This document shows, piece by piece, positions 47,075-57,216 of a stretch of DNA of 64,000 bases. The stretch spans positions 1,056,001 through 1,120,000 of the forward strand of contig CBDCTZ010000015.1 of NCBI GenBank assembly GCA_965222375.1. The letters run 5' to 3'. Below the pieces are notes generated by a model. It ran no database searches, was not told where the DNA came from, and saw only the letters and a program-made list of their open reading frames with translations. The position numbers and the translations under genes were made by a program. The stretch is from Polyangiaceae bacterium (lineage in GTDB: Bacteria; Myxococcota_A; Polyangia; Polyangiales; Polyangiaceae). The stretch's first letter is position 1. Each line of letters opens with the position of its first letter.

Positions 47075-48157
47075 TCAGCTCCCAGGTTTGCGTCGGGTTG
47101 GCGGAGGAGGTTTGCGAAGGTTCCGTGGCTGTTGGGCCATCTTCTCGGTGTTGTGGGGACCGCGCGGCATCGGCGGTGGGCGCTTGTCCGCGCGCTCCGC
47201 GGCGGGTGCGGTGCGCTCAGGTGCAGCTGCGGCCCGTTGGGGCGTAGGCGCGACGAATTGCGGCGCTGTCACTTGCTTTACCGCCGCTCGTGGGGCCGCG
47301 GCTTGCGGTGTTTCGGGCGGTGCGGCTTGTGGAGGCGCCGCCGGGGGGACTTGCTGGGGCAATGCCGGGGGCCCGGCCCGTTTGGGCTCCGGCGGGGGCC
47401 CGGCTTGAGGTGCTGCCCCCTGGATCTGCTGGGGCAACGCTGGGGGCCGGGGCGAAGCCTCTTGGGGCGGCGCGACCTCTTGGGGCGCAGCAGGCGGAAC
47501 GGAATCGAACTGCAGCTCTGCCGTGTCGATCTCCATCGTCATTCCCGTTTTCGAACGCAGCAGCGCCTTCAGTGCCCCGCGATTGGACGTGGCGACGAGA
47601 AAGTCGGTGGACGCAGGAGCCGTCGTCAGCGCCAACCGCTCCGCCAAGGGTGCGATGACCTTCGGCCACAGCACACGAGGCGCTACCAGCTGCTTCAATG
47701 TGTCCATGGGCGCAGCGCCAAGGAGATCGTCAATGGTGTATGGGCGCCCAGCGGCGCCATGACTGAGGGCCTGGCGCAACCCGTCGATGACCGTGTTCTG
47801 CGGAAGGCTCGAAACCAGGTCATCGCCGAGGGCCTCGATGATGCTGCGAACCTGGACCAACCCCAGACCGACCGCGCAGCTGAGTGCCGCACTCGTCACC
47901 TTTTGAGCGCGCAAGAAGCTCTCGCGCTCTTGCGAGGGGCTCGCTTTCCAGAACGGCTCCGCGGTAATGAATGACCAAACGCGGCTAGCTGGCACCGCCG
48001 ACACGATTTGGCGATGCGCGGCTCCGCCTTGCCATTCCGAGAAATGCTGCTGGAACTGCACCGGCGTGTAGATGCAATGGCGCATCACCTCGTCAACGCA
48101 GACCCCCAAGAATTCGTTGGTATCACTATCCACGTCGGCCCGCCGAGGAGCGAGCAT
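47075..48157 (-). CDS. Hypothetical protein with Pro/Ala-rich C-terminus
   Basis: Long ORF; globular N-terminal half, low-complexity tail. Confidence 0.65.
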   Translation of the reverse strand: MLAPRRADVDSDTNEFLGVCVDEVMRHCIYTPVQFQQHFSEWQGGAAHRQIVSAVPASRVWSFITAEPFWKASPSQERESFLRAQKVTSAALSCAVGLGLVQVRSIIEALGDDLVSSLPQNTVIDGLRQALSHGAAGRPYTIDDLLGAAPMDTLKQLVAPRVLWPKVIAPLAERLALTTAPASTDFLVATSNRGALKALLRSKTGMTMEIDTAELQFDSVPPAAPQEVAPPQEASPRPPALPQQIQGAAPQAGPPPEPKRAGPPALPQQVPPAAPPQAAPPETPQAAAPRAAVKQVTAPQFVAPTPQRAAAAPERTAPAAERADKRPPPMPRGPHNTEKMAQQPRNLRKPPPPTRRKPGS

Positions 48158-48205
48158 ATCACGCGGGCGCCGAGACGCCCGACACCCGCATAAGACGGGC
48201 TAGTG

Positions 48206-48754
48206 TCAGCCGACTTTGCGGGTCACGCGGGCAACTGCATGCAGCGGCGCGTGACTGGCGATCGCTGACCGATAGCCGACGGCCCGGCGCTCGACGCTGG
48301 GTGGCGCCGGGCGGGCGACACGCCGCTCGCTCGCAGCGGGCGCTACATCGACACGGGTTTCCGCCACGCTGCGCGCCCGCAGCGCTCGCTCGATGCAGCC
48401 AATCAGCACATCTCCGTCCGTGGGCTTGAGCAGGACGCGCTGCACATTGGGCGGCAGGGTGCGGCGCCGCACCAGATCGGGCCTCGCGGTGACCACCAAC
48501 GCAATGGACCCGGACTGGTGGCGATAGAACCAGGACAAGAACCTGGAGCCGAGCAATCCGTTCACCAGCGATTCCGTGATCAGCACGTCAACGCTATTGG
48601 TATCGACGATGCGAATCGCGCGCTCGAAGTTGTTGACCCAGGAAACCTGCCACTCAGGGTGTCGCGCCAAGATTGCACGATGGCCACTAGCCAGTGCTCG
48701 CGCGTCTTCATCCACCCACAGGATTTTCGGCTTGGCGTTTCCGGTTCGGATCAT
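48206..48754 (-). CDS. Atypical response-regulator receiver protein
   Basis: ILWVDED, VDVLITE (Glu at the phospho-Asp position), VVTA, LLKP. Confidence 0.7.
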   Translation of the reverse strand: MIRTGNAKPKILWVDEDARALASGHRAILARHPEWQVSWVNNFERAIRIVDTNSVDVLITESLVNGLLGSRFLSWFYRHQSGSIALVVTARPDLVRRRTLPPNVQRVLLKPTDGDVLIGCIERALRARSVAETRVDVAPAASERRVARPAPPSVERRAVGYRSAIASHAPLHAVARVTRKVG

Positions 48755-48852
48755 GGCGGCAGTGAGGCAACCATCTGGCCGCCGACCGGGCCAAAATTCT
48801 TGCGCGAGTTCTCACCCGAAGCAGGAAAAACGCAGCGTGTTCAGCGTCTTAG

Positions 48853-49638
48853 TCACCACCAGTCCTTCTTGGCGCGGGGGTCCATGAAGCCGCCAGTATC
48901 GCGGATCGCGATCAGGACTTCGCTACCTCGCGCTCGCCCAAACGCCTCGTTGCCGGAAAGCGCCGGGAGCTCGTTTCGGCCCGCAGAGTCCTTGGACTCG
49001 TACAACGCGCGCAGCGACGGTTCCACGCACACGCCCTCGGCGTGAATGGTGTAGCCGCTGACCACATTGTCTTCGCCGGTGTATTTCAGCGTGATGGAGT
49101 TGTCGCTGACGTACAGTACCCGCGCCTGTTTGCCGGCGCCGATGTCGTAGCCGCTGTTGGGCAGCTCCAGAACTTCATCCGCCATGGTCGCGAAGCCGCT
49201 CAGGGTGACGTCCCAAGTTGTGATCGGCCCGGCGCCGGAGTTCGTTTTCCAGTCCCACTCATTCACGCGATAGTTCTGCACGAAAGTGGGGACCCGGTCG
49301 TCCGTGAACAGGGTATTGAGCTTGGGTGCCAAGGCGTCTGTTGGACCGTTGATGTCGACCAAGCCCAAGGTGGAGCTGGTGGGCGACCAACCGCGCAGCA
49401 CCATGTTCAAGTCCGCGTGTTGGGGCGGTGGGCGATCAGTCTTGGGGCCCACCGTCGGCGACGTACCGTAGTTGACACCGGGGATGGGCTGACATGGGCC
49501 GAGCTTCGCGCCGCCCGCTCCAGCGCTCCCACCAGCGCCGACGCCACCGCTTCCCGCGAGGCTGCCGCCTATCCCGGGAAAACCCGAGCAGGCACCCAGA
49601 GCACACGCTCCGACCGCGACAGGTCCGCGAGCGGACGC
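48853..49638 (-). CDS. Hypothetical lipoprotein lacking a recognisable start codon (possible pseudogene)
   Basis: The frame of ORF 48853..49452 stays open up to TAG 49639-49641 and includes VAVGACALGAC plus a Gly linker, but there is no ATG/GTG/TTG before the lipobox. Confidence 0.6.
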   Translation of the reverse strand, partial: ASARGPVAVGACALGACSGFPGIGGSLAGSGGVGAGGSAGAGGAKLGPCQPIPGVNYGTSPTVGPKTDRPPPQHADLNMVLRGWSPTSSTLGLVDINGPTDALAPKLNTLFTDDRVPTFVQNYRVNEWDWKTNSGAGPITTWDVTLSGFATMADEVLELPNSGYDIGAGKQARVLYVSDNSITLKYTGEDNVVSGYTIHAEGVCVEPSLRALYESKDSAGRNELPALSGNEAFGRARGSEVLIAIRDTGGFMDPRAKKDWW

Positions 49639-50180
49639 CTAGGGCGACCGAAGTTCTGCACCCCGAGGTGACGGTACTTGTTGGAGGGGTTGTGTGCGTA
49701 GCCCCCACCAAGGTGGACGAAGTTCCCCCGCATGATGTTCTTGCAATGACCGGAGCTGGTCATCCATCGGCCCATGGTTTTTTCCGCAGTCGATGACCCC
49801 GCAGCGATGTTCTCGCCATAACCCGAGCCATCGTAGCCGGCAGCTTTCATTCGCTGGCTGGCTTTGCTTCCGTTCTGTCCGGTGTGGGAAAAGTAGTTGT
49901 TGTCTGCCATGTCCTCGGCATGCAGGCGCGCGCTGGTGCGCAGGGCCGAGTTCATCTCGAGGGGACCCACGGGCGGCATCTGGTCCCCGTCGCAGTTGGC
50001 GCCCTTGGCGCGCTCTTGATTGACCAGCTTCAGAATGTCGCACTTGAGCAGGTCGTTGCCGGTCGCTCCATCGCAAGCCGCAGACACGCCAGGACCGCCG
50101 CCGCCGCCTTCGTCATCGGAAGAGCTACATGCGACCAATGGCATCGACAAAAACAGAGCAACGACGAATTTGGTAGACAT
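49569..50180 (-). CDS. CAP/SCP-domain lipoprotein (C-terminal read-through)
   Basis: LVAC; LVNQERA, HAEDM..NNYFSH, GENIAAG, WMTSSGHCKNIM, VQNFG. Confidence 0.88.
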   Translation of the reverse strand: MSTKFVVALFLSMPLVACSSSDDEGGGGGPGVSAACDGATGNDLLKCDILKLVNQERAKGANCDGDQMPPVGPLEMNSALRTSARLHAEDMADNNYFSHTGQNGSKASQRMKAAGYDGSGYGENIAAGSSTAEKTMGRWMTSSGHCKNIMRGNFVHLGGGYAHNPSNKYRHLGVQNFGRPRRPLADLSRSERVLWVPARVFPG

Positions 50181-50418
50181 GCCACTACTTTAGCCGCTGC
50201 AGCGCAGCTGCCTAGGTGTGTAGGCTGCGCCGGGTGTGGGTAGCGGTACGCTCGACAAGTCGACTGCACCGCAAACGCCGGCGAGCTTGAGGCCGAAGCT
50301 GCAATGCCTATCGGCTATCGGATTTCTTTATGCCGGGCTGGCCAGGACACCACCTGCCGAGACGGGGTGGTTCGCCGATGTTAGCCACAGGAAGTAGTAT
50401 CTTTGTCGAGAGGACGCG

Positions 50419-50985
50419 TTGCGAGGCGGTAGGTATCGAGGAGTCGCGTGGGTCAGTTACATCGCAATCGGTTCGCTTTCGGGCGCTTGCAGCACGGCTA
50501 GCTATGTCCCCAAACGCCCAGAGTCGCAGGTAACGAAATTCGGCCAGGTGACCCCGACGCAGATCCAAAGTCGGTCCCCGGGAGACACTGAGCTACGGCT
50601 GGAGACGGAACTCATCGATGGCGCACGCCTACACGGCGTGTATCATGAGCACAGCTCGGTGCCTCGCTCTTGGACCGATGAGCGCTCGCTGCACAACACA
50701 ACCCCCGCTGGACGAACGCGTTGCTCCCGCCACGTTGTCAGTCGCGTCGCTCTCGATGGAGTCACCGACTATCACGGAGTTTCGCGCGACGTGAGTGGCC
50801 AGCGGCGCATCACATTGCCAATTTGGCTCATCACCCGCCGCGGCCGCCCCGATGGATGGCCCCGGCGAGCCGCCGCATTCGCGCTCGGAGTCGAGGTACC
50901 GATTGGTGTGTGGCACGACACGGGGGCGGGTGAGACCACCTGGTTCGGCGGCATCGGCCTGACCACGGCATGGCCAATGTTCTGA
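50419..50985 (+). pseudogene. Possible degenerate lipoprotein gene remnant
   Basis: LSGAC near the start and a beta-strand-like end (WFGGIGLTTAW), with a patchy middle. Confidence 0.3.
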
Positions 50986-51132
50986 TGCCCTGGACCCAGA
51001 AGTCAGGGTCGAATTGGCTTCGCCGTTCCACCCGCCCCCCCGCCACGGCTGAGGCAGCATACGGTGACCAGGACTCAGCCGTCGGGCACGTCGAAACCAG
51101 ACCTCGATTTGGGTGACGTTCCCACGGTCCGC

Positions 51133-52353
51133 TCAGAAAGCCTTCAACCCGTCCATCAGGCGTTTGCTGATCACGATGCGTTGGATCTGACCGGTGCCTT
51201 CGAAGATGTCGTAGACCTTGATGTCGCGGAACCACTTTTCGAGCAGGGCGTGGTCTTCGCTCAGGCTGCCGTGGGCGCCGCAGATCTCGATGGCGTCGTA
51301 GCAGGCGCGGATCGCGGCTTGGCCTGCGAGGGCCTTGCTCATGGAAGCTTCTTTGGCGTTGGGGATGCTGTGGTCCGCCATCCACACGGCCTTCCAGGTC
51401 AACATGCGCGCGGCCTCGAGCTGACGCCCCACGCGCGCCAATCGCTCGGCTATGGCCGCATAGCGCGGGATGGGCCGTGACAGCACGTAGTTGTCTTTCA
51501 CGAAGTCGCAGGCGTACTCGTACGCGGCTCGCCCGATGCCGATGGCCATGGCGCCGACCAGCGGACGCGTGTTGTCGAAGGTCTTCATAGCGGTCATGAA
51601 ACCCTCCTTGGTCTGGTACTTCTCCTCGCCGCCGAGCAGGTTCTCGACGGGCACGCGACAATCCTCCAAGACGAGCTCTGCCGTCTCGTTGGCGCGCAGG
51701 CCCATCTTTTCTTCGATCTTGCCAACGAAGAACCCGGGAGTGCCCTGCTCCACCACGAAGGCGCGATGGCCGGCTCGACCCTGGGAAGGATCGACGGTCG
51801 CAAAGATCACGACCCAGGACGCACGCCCGCCGTTGGTGATGTAGCACTTGCGCCCATTGAGCACGTAGGCGTCGCCGTCCTTGCGACAGCTGGTTCGGAT
51901 CGCGGCGACGTCGCTACCCGCGCCCGGCTCCGTCAAACCATAGGCGCCCCAGCGAAGTTCATCGCTCATGTCGCGGAAAATCCCGAAGAAGCGTTCCTTT
52001 TGCTCCGGGGTGCCGGTCGCGCGCAGTGGCGGCCCACCCAAGCCCGCGCCGGGCATGCACAACATGATGCTGGCGTCCGCCCAAGCCAACTCTTCGGCGC
52101 CAATTGCGGCCGTGCGATTGGCCTGACTGGGCTTCTTGGGGTCGCGTTGCTTGGGCCCCTCTTGAAAGTCCTCCATGGGGTTGGCGTCACCCTTCATGGC
52201 CTGACTCATGTTGTAGAAGTTGCGCAGGAAGTCGGTGTCGACTTCCTTCTCCCGATCCCACTTGAGGCTCTGAGGTCGGATGACGCTCTTGCCCATGTCC
52301 TTCAGCGCTTCTTTCAGCATGCGCTGCTGGCCGTTCAGCTCTAGTTCGTACAT
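51133..52353 (-). CDS. Acyl-CoA dehydrogenase (catalytic-Glu subunit)
   Basis: GLTEPGAGSD, LNGRKCYITNG, KMGLRA, DIFEGTGQIQR. Confidence 0.95.
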   Translation of the reverse strand: MYELELNGQQRMLKEALKDMGKSVIRPQSLKWDREKEVDTDFLRNFYNMSQAMKGDANPMEDFQEGPKQRDPKKPSQANRTAAIGAEELAWADASIMLCMPGAGLGGPPLRATGTPEQKERFFGIFRDMSDELRWGAYGLTEPGAGSDVAAIRTSCRKDGDAYVLNGRKCYITNGGRASWVVIFATVDPSQGRAGHRAFVVEQGTPGFFVGKIEEKMGLRANETAELVLEDCRVPVENLLGGEEKYQTKEGFMTAMKTFDNTRPLVGAMAIGIGRAAYEYACDFVKDNYVLSRPIPRYAAIAERLARVGRQLEAARMLTWKAVWMADHSIPNAKEASMSKALAGQAAIRACYDAIEICGAHGSLSEDHALLEKWFRDIKVYDIFEGTGQIQRIVISKRLMDGLKAF

Positions 52354-52366
52354 CTCTGGTTCCCTC

Positions 52367-53572
52367 TCAAGTGAACACGCTTTGGGTTTCCGGCGTGGGC
52401 AACACCACGGCGGGGTCCAGCTTCTGCCCCGTGGCGCAGACAGCGGCGATTTGATCCATGTGCTCGGCTGTCATGCCCACCAGGGCCATCTGACGTGCAT
52501 CCCGCATCATCTTCTCGACGATGACGTCTCGCATGAACCCGGCGCCTCCGTGCAGCTGCACGGCGTCGTCGCTACAGCGCATGGCGACTTCGTGGGCGTG
52601 TGCCACAGCCTGGGCCGTTGCCTGAAGAGCGCGCGGTTCCTTCTTCCCCGCGTCCCAATGCCATGCGGCACGGCGCACGAGTTCGCGAGCGCTTTCCACG
52701 TCCATATGCCGATCTGCCAGCGTGAACGCCACGGCTTGGAAGTGCCCGATGGGTTTGCCAAATGCCTTTCGCATTTCGCAATACTCGCGCGTCAAGTCGA
52801 AGGCGGCGCGAGACAGCCCCACTTGGCGCGCGGCGACCATCAACGAATATTTGGCAAAGAAGCGCAGAGTCGCTGCCGTGAAGTCGTCACCGCCCTGCAA
52901 ACGATCCGCGGCCGTCACAGCCACCTTGCTCAAGGACAGTTCGCCGAAGTTCGCGCACTGAAGCCCCAAAGTGTCGTACCGAGCCTCGAGTTCGACCCCC
53001 GGCGCATCCCGCTTGACGACGAAGGCGCCAATGCCGTTCCAGTCTTGCTCCGGCTCGACCTGCGCGAACACCACGAAGCGCTCCGCCAGCGCGGCATTGC
53101 TCACGAAGGTCTTTTTCCCAGTGATCTCGAAACCGTCCCCCGCCGGCTTGGCGATAGTGACGAAACCCGGATGGTCACGATTGGGCGCGCGCTCACTCCA
53201 AGCCACGGCACCGAAGCCGGCCTCGCTGAGCAAGGGCTCGAGTAGGCCACGCGCCTGTTCCTCGCTGCCGAGCTCCAACGCGGCGAAGCCGAAGGCGCCG
53301 AAGGACGGCAATCCAAACGGCGTCGCAGCGTCGCCATAGGCGAGCTCCTCGTTGATCATCGTGGCTGTCAGCAGCCCCAAACCCTGGCCCCCATGGCTCT
53401 CAGGAATGTGGGCTGCGCCCAGCGCCATCTCCTGAACGGCACCGCGCACCACATCACTCACGGCCCGATCCGCTTCGAACTTCCGCGCGTTCGGCGCCAA
53501 GGACGCCTTCGCGAAGTCCGCGACCGTGCCGAGGATCAGCTGCTGGTCCTCACTCGAATCGAAGGAAATCAT
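52367..53572 (-). CDS. Acyl-CoA dehydrogenase-like partner subunit
   Basis: EELAYGD, GKKTFV, RKAFGKPIGHFQAV, AVQLHGGAGF; lacks the C-terminal catalytic Glu (LVGMT). Confidence 0.92.
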   Translation of the reverse strand: MISFDSSEDQQLILGTVADFAKASLAPNARKFEADRAVSDVVRGAVQEMALGAAHIPESHGGQGLGLLTATMINEELAYGDAATPFGLPSFGAFGFAALELGSEEQARGLLEPLLSEAGFGAVAWSERAPNRDHPGFVTIAKPAGDGFEITGKKTFVSNAALAERFVVFAQVEPEQDWNGIGAFVVKRDAPGVELEARYDTLGLQCANFGELSLSKVAVTAADRLQGGDDFTAATLRFFAKYSLMVAARQVGLSRAAFDLTREYCEMRKAFGKPIGHFQAVAFTLADRHMDVESARELVRRAAWHWDAGKKEPRALQATAQAVAHAHEVAMRCSDDAVQLHGGAGFMRDVIVEKMMRDARQMALVGMTAEHMDQIAAVCATGQKLDPAVVLPTPETQSVFT

Positions 53573-53625
53573 CGCATTTTCTCCTGCTGCGCCATTGTAT
53601 AGTCACACTACACAACATGCGCAAC

Positions 53626-53651
53626 CAAATTCGGCCGGCGGGCCGAATTTG
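53626..53651. promoter_or_regulatory. Perfect 11-bp inverted repeat upstream of the ACAD pair
   Basis: CAAATTCGGCC-ggcg-GGCCGAATTTG. Confidence 0.5.
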
Positions 53652-53931
53652 ACCAATAAAGCCCCGCTGCGGCCACGCGGAAGGCCCTTCCACTTTGTCC
53701 AGCCAGCGTGACGACTCCGGGGGACCAGAAGCTCGCACGCGTGCATGTTGAATGTCCTCGCACCGCTCGTTCCTGATCGAGCTTTTGTTTTGGTCTGGGC
53801 TGCTTTGTGTCTCCCTGATCGCCGCCTGCGTTCCACCTCAACTTGCGCCTCGGGCAACCACACGGTGATCCCAAAAGACGCCACCGCCATGGTCCGCAGT
53901 CAGGCAAACACGGTTCTGGAATCCTGTACCA

Positions 53932-54684
53932 TCACTTCTTTGTGGTTTTCGTAGTCTTCGCGGACTCGTCAGCTTCCGGCGGTGGACTCGCCTTTTGTAA
54001 CAGGGCGACTAGCTCTTGGGCGTCCGTACTGGCGCGACCGATCGCCTTGGTGAGTGAGTTCAGAACGACGTGCGCATCCGTGAGGTTGCGTTGCGTCTCT
54101 TTCGAGCGTGCGGGTCCCAGAAGCCGGAAGCGCTCTTCGCGTTTACTCTCGAGGCTGGGCAGCATTGCCCGGAGCGTCTCGATCTTCTTGCTCGCGGCAC
54201 GCAGCTGAACCACCAGGTTGGCCGCGCGCTTGGCAACCGGCGTCAACGTTTTGGTGAGTGACGTCGACTGCGCGTTGCCTTTGGCATCAATAAGGGTCAC
54301 GACCGCGTCGGTTTCGCGGGCGCCTTCCTCGAGCCCGATGAACTCGATCTTCAGCGTCGAACTGCCCTGCGAGAGTTCCTCGAGCTTCTTCTCAAACCTC
54401 GGAAAAATGAGCTCCGTGGAAGCGTGGCCAGCAAGCCCAAGCTCAGTCGCCAGGGCGGTGTGCAAGGCCTGCTGCTCGCTCGGAGCCTCGAGGCTCAGCT
54501 TCTGAATGGCGTGGATCTGCCGGAAGAAGGCGTCGTACTCGGGCTCGCTGGACTCATAGAGCTCCGCCTGGCTCACGGCGGTAGGTCCCGTATTGGGCAG
54601 GGCGAAACACGCTGTCAGCCAAACTGAGCCGGCGGCGGACAGCGCCCCAATGAAGTGCCTTGCGCGCGGGGTCAGTGGGCGCAT
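53932..54684 (-). CDS. Hypothetical helical lipoprotein
   Basis: Lipobox LTAC; coiled-coil-like. Confidence 0.7.
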   Translation of the reverse strand: MRPLTPRARHFIGALSAAGSVWLTACFALPNTGPTAVSQAELYESSEPEYDAFFRQIHAIQKLSLEAPSEQQALHTALATELGLAGHASTELIFPRFEKKLEELSQGSSTLKIEFIGLEEGARETDAVVTLIDAKGNAQSTSLTKTLTPVAKRAANLVVQLRAASKKIETLRAMLPSLESKREERFRLLGPARSKETQRNLTDAHVVLNSLTKAIGRASTDAQELVALLQKASPPPEADESAKTTKTTKK

Positions 54685-55511
54685 TGGATTTTGGACGCCT
54701 TGGCCGCCATGGGGATCGTCTGGCTGCCGTCGGTCCAGGTCACGTTCAGAGTCCATTCGCCACCGCAGTAGCCACAGGGCGCTCCAGAGCCCTTGCCGGA
54801 ACCGAAGACCTTCTTGTGGTTGGTGGTGAGACTCTTGCCTGCCGGCACGCTTCCGCTTTGTGTCGGGTTGACGTCGAACTTCCAGTCCATCGTGTTGCCC
54901 CCGGGGGACTTCATGCTCATGCGGGTGCTCGTGATCTTGAGGCTGCCCGCTGCCGTCCCCGTGTTCGTGTACTTTGCGTCGAAACTACCATTGATGGGAT
55001 CCGGTACAACGCCGGGCTGGCAGTTCACCCAGAACTCCATCTTCCCGAAGCTGGGTGCGATCTTGGCGCCCCCACCTCCGCCACCCGCAGAGCCCGCGCT
55101 ACCCGCAGAGCCCGCGCTACCCGCAGAGCCTGCGCTACCCGCACTGCCGCCTTGACCCGCTGAACCCGCGCTTCCAGCTGAACCCGCGCTTCCAGCTGAA
55201 CCCGCGCTTCCAGCTGAACCCGCGCTTCCAGCTGAACCCGCGCTTCCAGCTGAACCCGCGCTTCCAGCTGAACCCGCGCTTCCAGCTTGTCCACCCGCGC
55301 CGCCACTCTGGCCTCCGGCACCGCCACTTGCGCCAGCCGCGCCGCCACTTGCGCCTCCCGTGCCGCCACTTGCGCCTCCCGTGCCACCGGTGCCCCCACT
55401 TGCACCACCGGTTCCAGCCCCTCCTCCGCTACCGTCGGAGTCACTGTCACCACTACACGCAGCAACGGAAACGGAAAGTACCAACAGGCCCAAACAAGAA
55501 AGCGTCTTCAT
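54672..55511 (-). CDS. Lipoprotein with (GSA)n linker and small beta domain
   Basis: VAAC; long GSAGSA repeat; WVNCQP...DPI domain. Confidence 0.78.
   Translation of the reverse strand: MKTLSCLGLLVLSVSVAACSGDSDSDGSGGGAGTGGASGGTGGTGGASGGTGGASGGAAGASGGAGGQSGGAGGQAGSAGSAGSAGSAGSAGSAGSAGSAGSAGSAGSAGSAGSAGSAGQGGSAGSAGSAGSAGSAGSAGSAGGGGGGAKIAPSFGKMEFWVNCQPGVVPDPINGSFDAKYTNTGTAAGSLKITSTRMSMKSPGGNTMDWKFDVNPTQSGSVPAGKSLTTNHKKVFGSGKGSGAPCGYCGGEWTLNVTWTDGSQTIPMAAKASKIQCAH
55086..55288 (-). repeat. 18-bp coding tandem repeats (GSAGSA)
   Basis: gctgaacccgcgcttcca about 7 copies plus gcagagcccgcgctaccc about 3 copies. Confidence 0.9.
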
Positions 55512-55693
55512 CGCGCGGAGCATACGAACTGCAGAACTTCTTGCAAGGGCTCTAGCCCCGCAACCCGGTGCAGCCGGCAAGCTGTAGACCGCGAGCGAGA
55601 GGCCCGGAGCGGATTGCCCTTGGCCCAAAACAGCTCTGTTGCCATCCCCCCAAAAAATGCAAGAGAACCGGCGCCGTTCGCGTAGGCGGGTCT

Positions 55694-56503
55694 CTATGGC
55701 TGCACATCCACGAGCCTCGGTCCGGCCCACAGAAGCACGTCGTCTACGGAAGCGCTACCGTTCGCGGTGACGGCGAGGGAGATGTCGAGGGCCTGTCCAG
55801 CGTAGGCCGCGAGATCGATCTCGAGATCGTCGACCTTCTTGTCGTTGGTCTGCGTGCCTTCCTTGAACAACTCGGGGAGCCCGGAGGCACCTGCCTTGTG
55901 GACCAAGACCTGCCATTTGACGTTGCAGCTCGGCGACGCGTCTGGACAGCCAAGTCGAACCTTGAACATCGGTTTCGTCGATCCAACCAGGCTGAGGCCG
56001 GTGAATTGGGCACTGGTGACTCCCTCCTTGGTGATGGGCGGATGGACCCGAAGCACCATCGACTCGGTGATTCCCCCCTCGAGCACCGCCGCTGCCAGAA
56101 GCTGAACGCTGGCTCCAACCAGAGGCTTGTTGCATTCGACGGGAGTTGCCGCCGACACGAGATCTGGCGATTCCAGCCAAGTAGGGTCGCACCCGTGCGC
56201 GAAGAAGTCGTACAGGACTTTTTCCGACGGACCTGCATCAACGCTAGCGTCAGAGCCGGCGTCAGTTCCACCGCTCCCGCCTGCACCTGAGCTGCCCCCC
56301 GTTCCCGCGTCGGATGCTCCGCCGTTGCCGCCCGTTCCGGCTCCGGAGACTCCACCGCTTCCACCCGTACTGGTGCCAGCGCTGCCACCGCTCGCGACCC
56401 CAGCGCTCCCTCCAGAGCCGGAAAAGGTCCGCGGTTCGTCGTCAGAACAACCCGCACACAGGAGGAGGACACCAAGCAATGCGAGCGACGGTGTTTTCGA
56501 CAT
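55694..56503 (-). CDS. Hypothetical lipoprotein with jelly-roll-like C-terminal domain
   Basis: CAGC; Gly linker; VHPP...IDLAAYAGQ.LDI.L.V.ANG....D..LW..PRL. Confidence 0.75.
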   Translation of the reverse strand: MSKTPSLALLGVLLLCAGCSDDEPRTFSGSGGSAGVASGGSAGTSTGGSGGVSGAGTGGNGGASDAGTGGSSGAGGSGGTDAGSDASVDAGPSEKVLYDFFAHGCDPTWLESPDLVSAATPVECNKPLVGASVQLLAAAVLEGGITESMVLRVHPPITKEGVTSAQFTGLSLVGSTKPMFKVRLGCPDASPSCNVKWQVLVHKAGASGLPELFKEGTQTNDKKVDDLEIDLAAYAGQALDISLAVTANGSASVDDVLLWAGPRLVDVQP

Positions 56504-56580
56504 GGTGAAGGCTCCAGCTATCATGGCCACGCACCAATGTTGGCATGGGTCAGTGAAATCCCACAGGGAAAAGGTTGGGC

Positions 56581-56921
56581 GGCCTCAGTGGATGTGCGGT
56601 TGCGTCGCAACTCTGATTGCGTGGGGCGTGGGGGCGCTCATTCCAGTGTTGCATCCGCAACTCTGATTTCAGCGCGCGCGGCGGCGCTCATTCCAGTGTT
56701 GCATCCGCAGCTCTGATTTCAGGGAGCGCGGGGGCGCCCATTGCAGTGTTGCATCCGCAACTCTGATTTCAGGGAGCGTGGGGGCGCCCATTGCAGTGTT
56801 GCATCCGCAACTCTGGTTTCAGGGAGCGCGGGGGCGCCCATTGCAGTGTTGCATCCGCAACTCTGGTTTCAGGGAGCGCGGGGGCGCCCATTGCAGTGTT
56901 GCATCCGCAACTCTGGTTTCA
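56581..56921. repeat. Intergenic 50-bp tandem array (6 good units plus 1 degenerate), each with an internal hairpin
   Basis: Unit ggggcgcccattgcagtgttgcatccgcaactctg(a/g)tttcagggagcgcg at 56631, 56681, 56731, 56781, 56831 and 56881 (partial); degenerate copy at 56581. Confidence 0.95.
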
Positions 56922-57216
56922 AGATGAGCTGCCCCTCGATTGCGGGTGCGTGGGGGATTGACGGTGGCCGCTGGAGTTCCGGACAAATCCGGGTGGGACT
57001 AGGGGTCGGACGAGTCCATCATCCGCCGAGTGGTCCTGGCAGATTTCGGCGCGAGGCGCAGAAACGGGCGTCACTGAACATCGATTCATTCTCGGCATGG
57101 GCCACGGGACGAGCCCCCCATTTCGGGGGAAAACCAGGGACTAGGTCGAGCACCGCCGTGAATCGCTTTCGAAGCTTGCGTGGGTGGGGGCAGCGATCTA
57201 GGGTCCCCGCCCCCCC

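Noticed and set aside
55025..55555. ORFs with LEARVQ or LNPRFQ repeats, and similar ELLEGR (28.4 kb) and AELKPVVWEV (40.3 kb) repeats
   Set aside because: Alternative-frame readings of Gly-rich linker tandem repeats
56581..56921. CRISPR array
   Set aside because: Inter-hairpin segments are near-identical rather than unique spacers, and no cas genes are in the window
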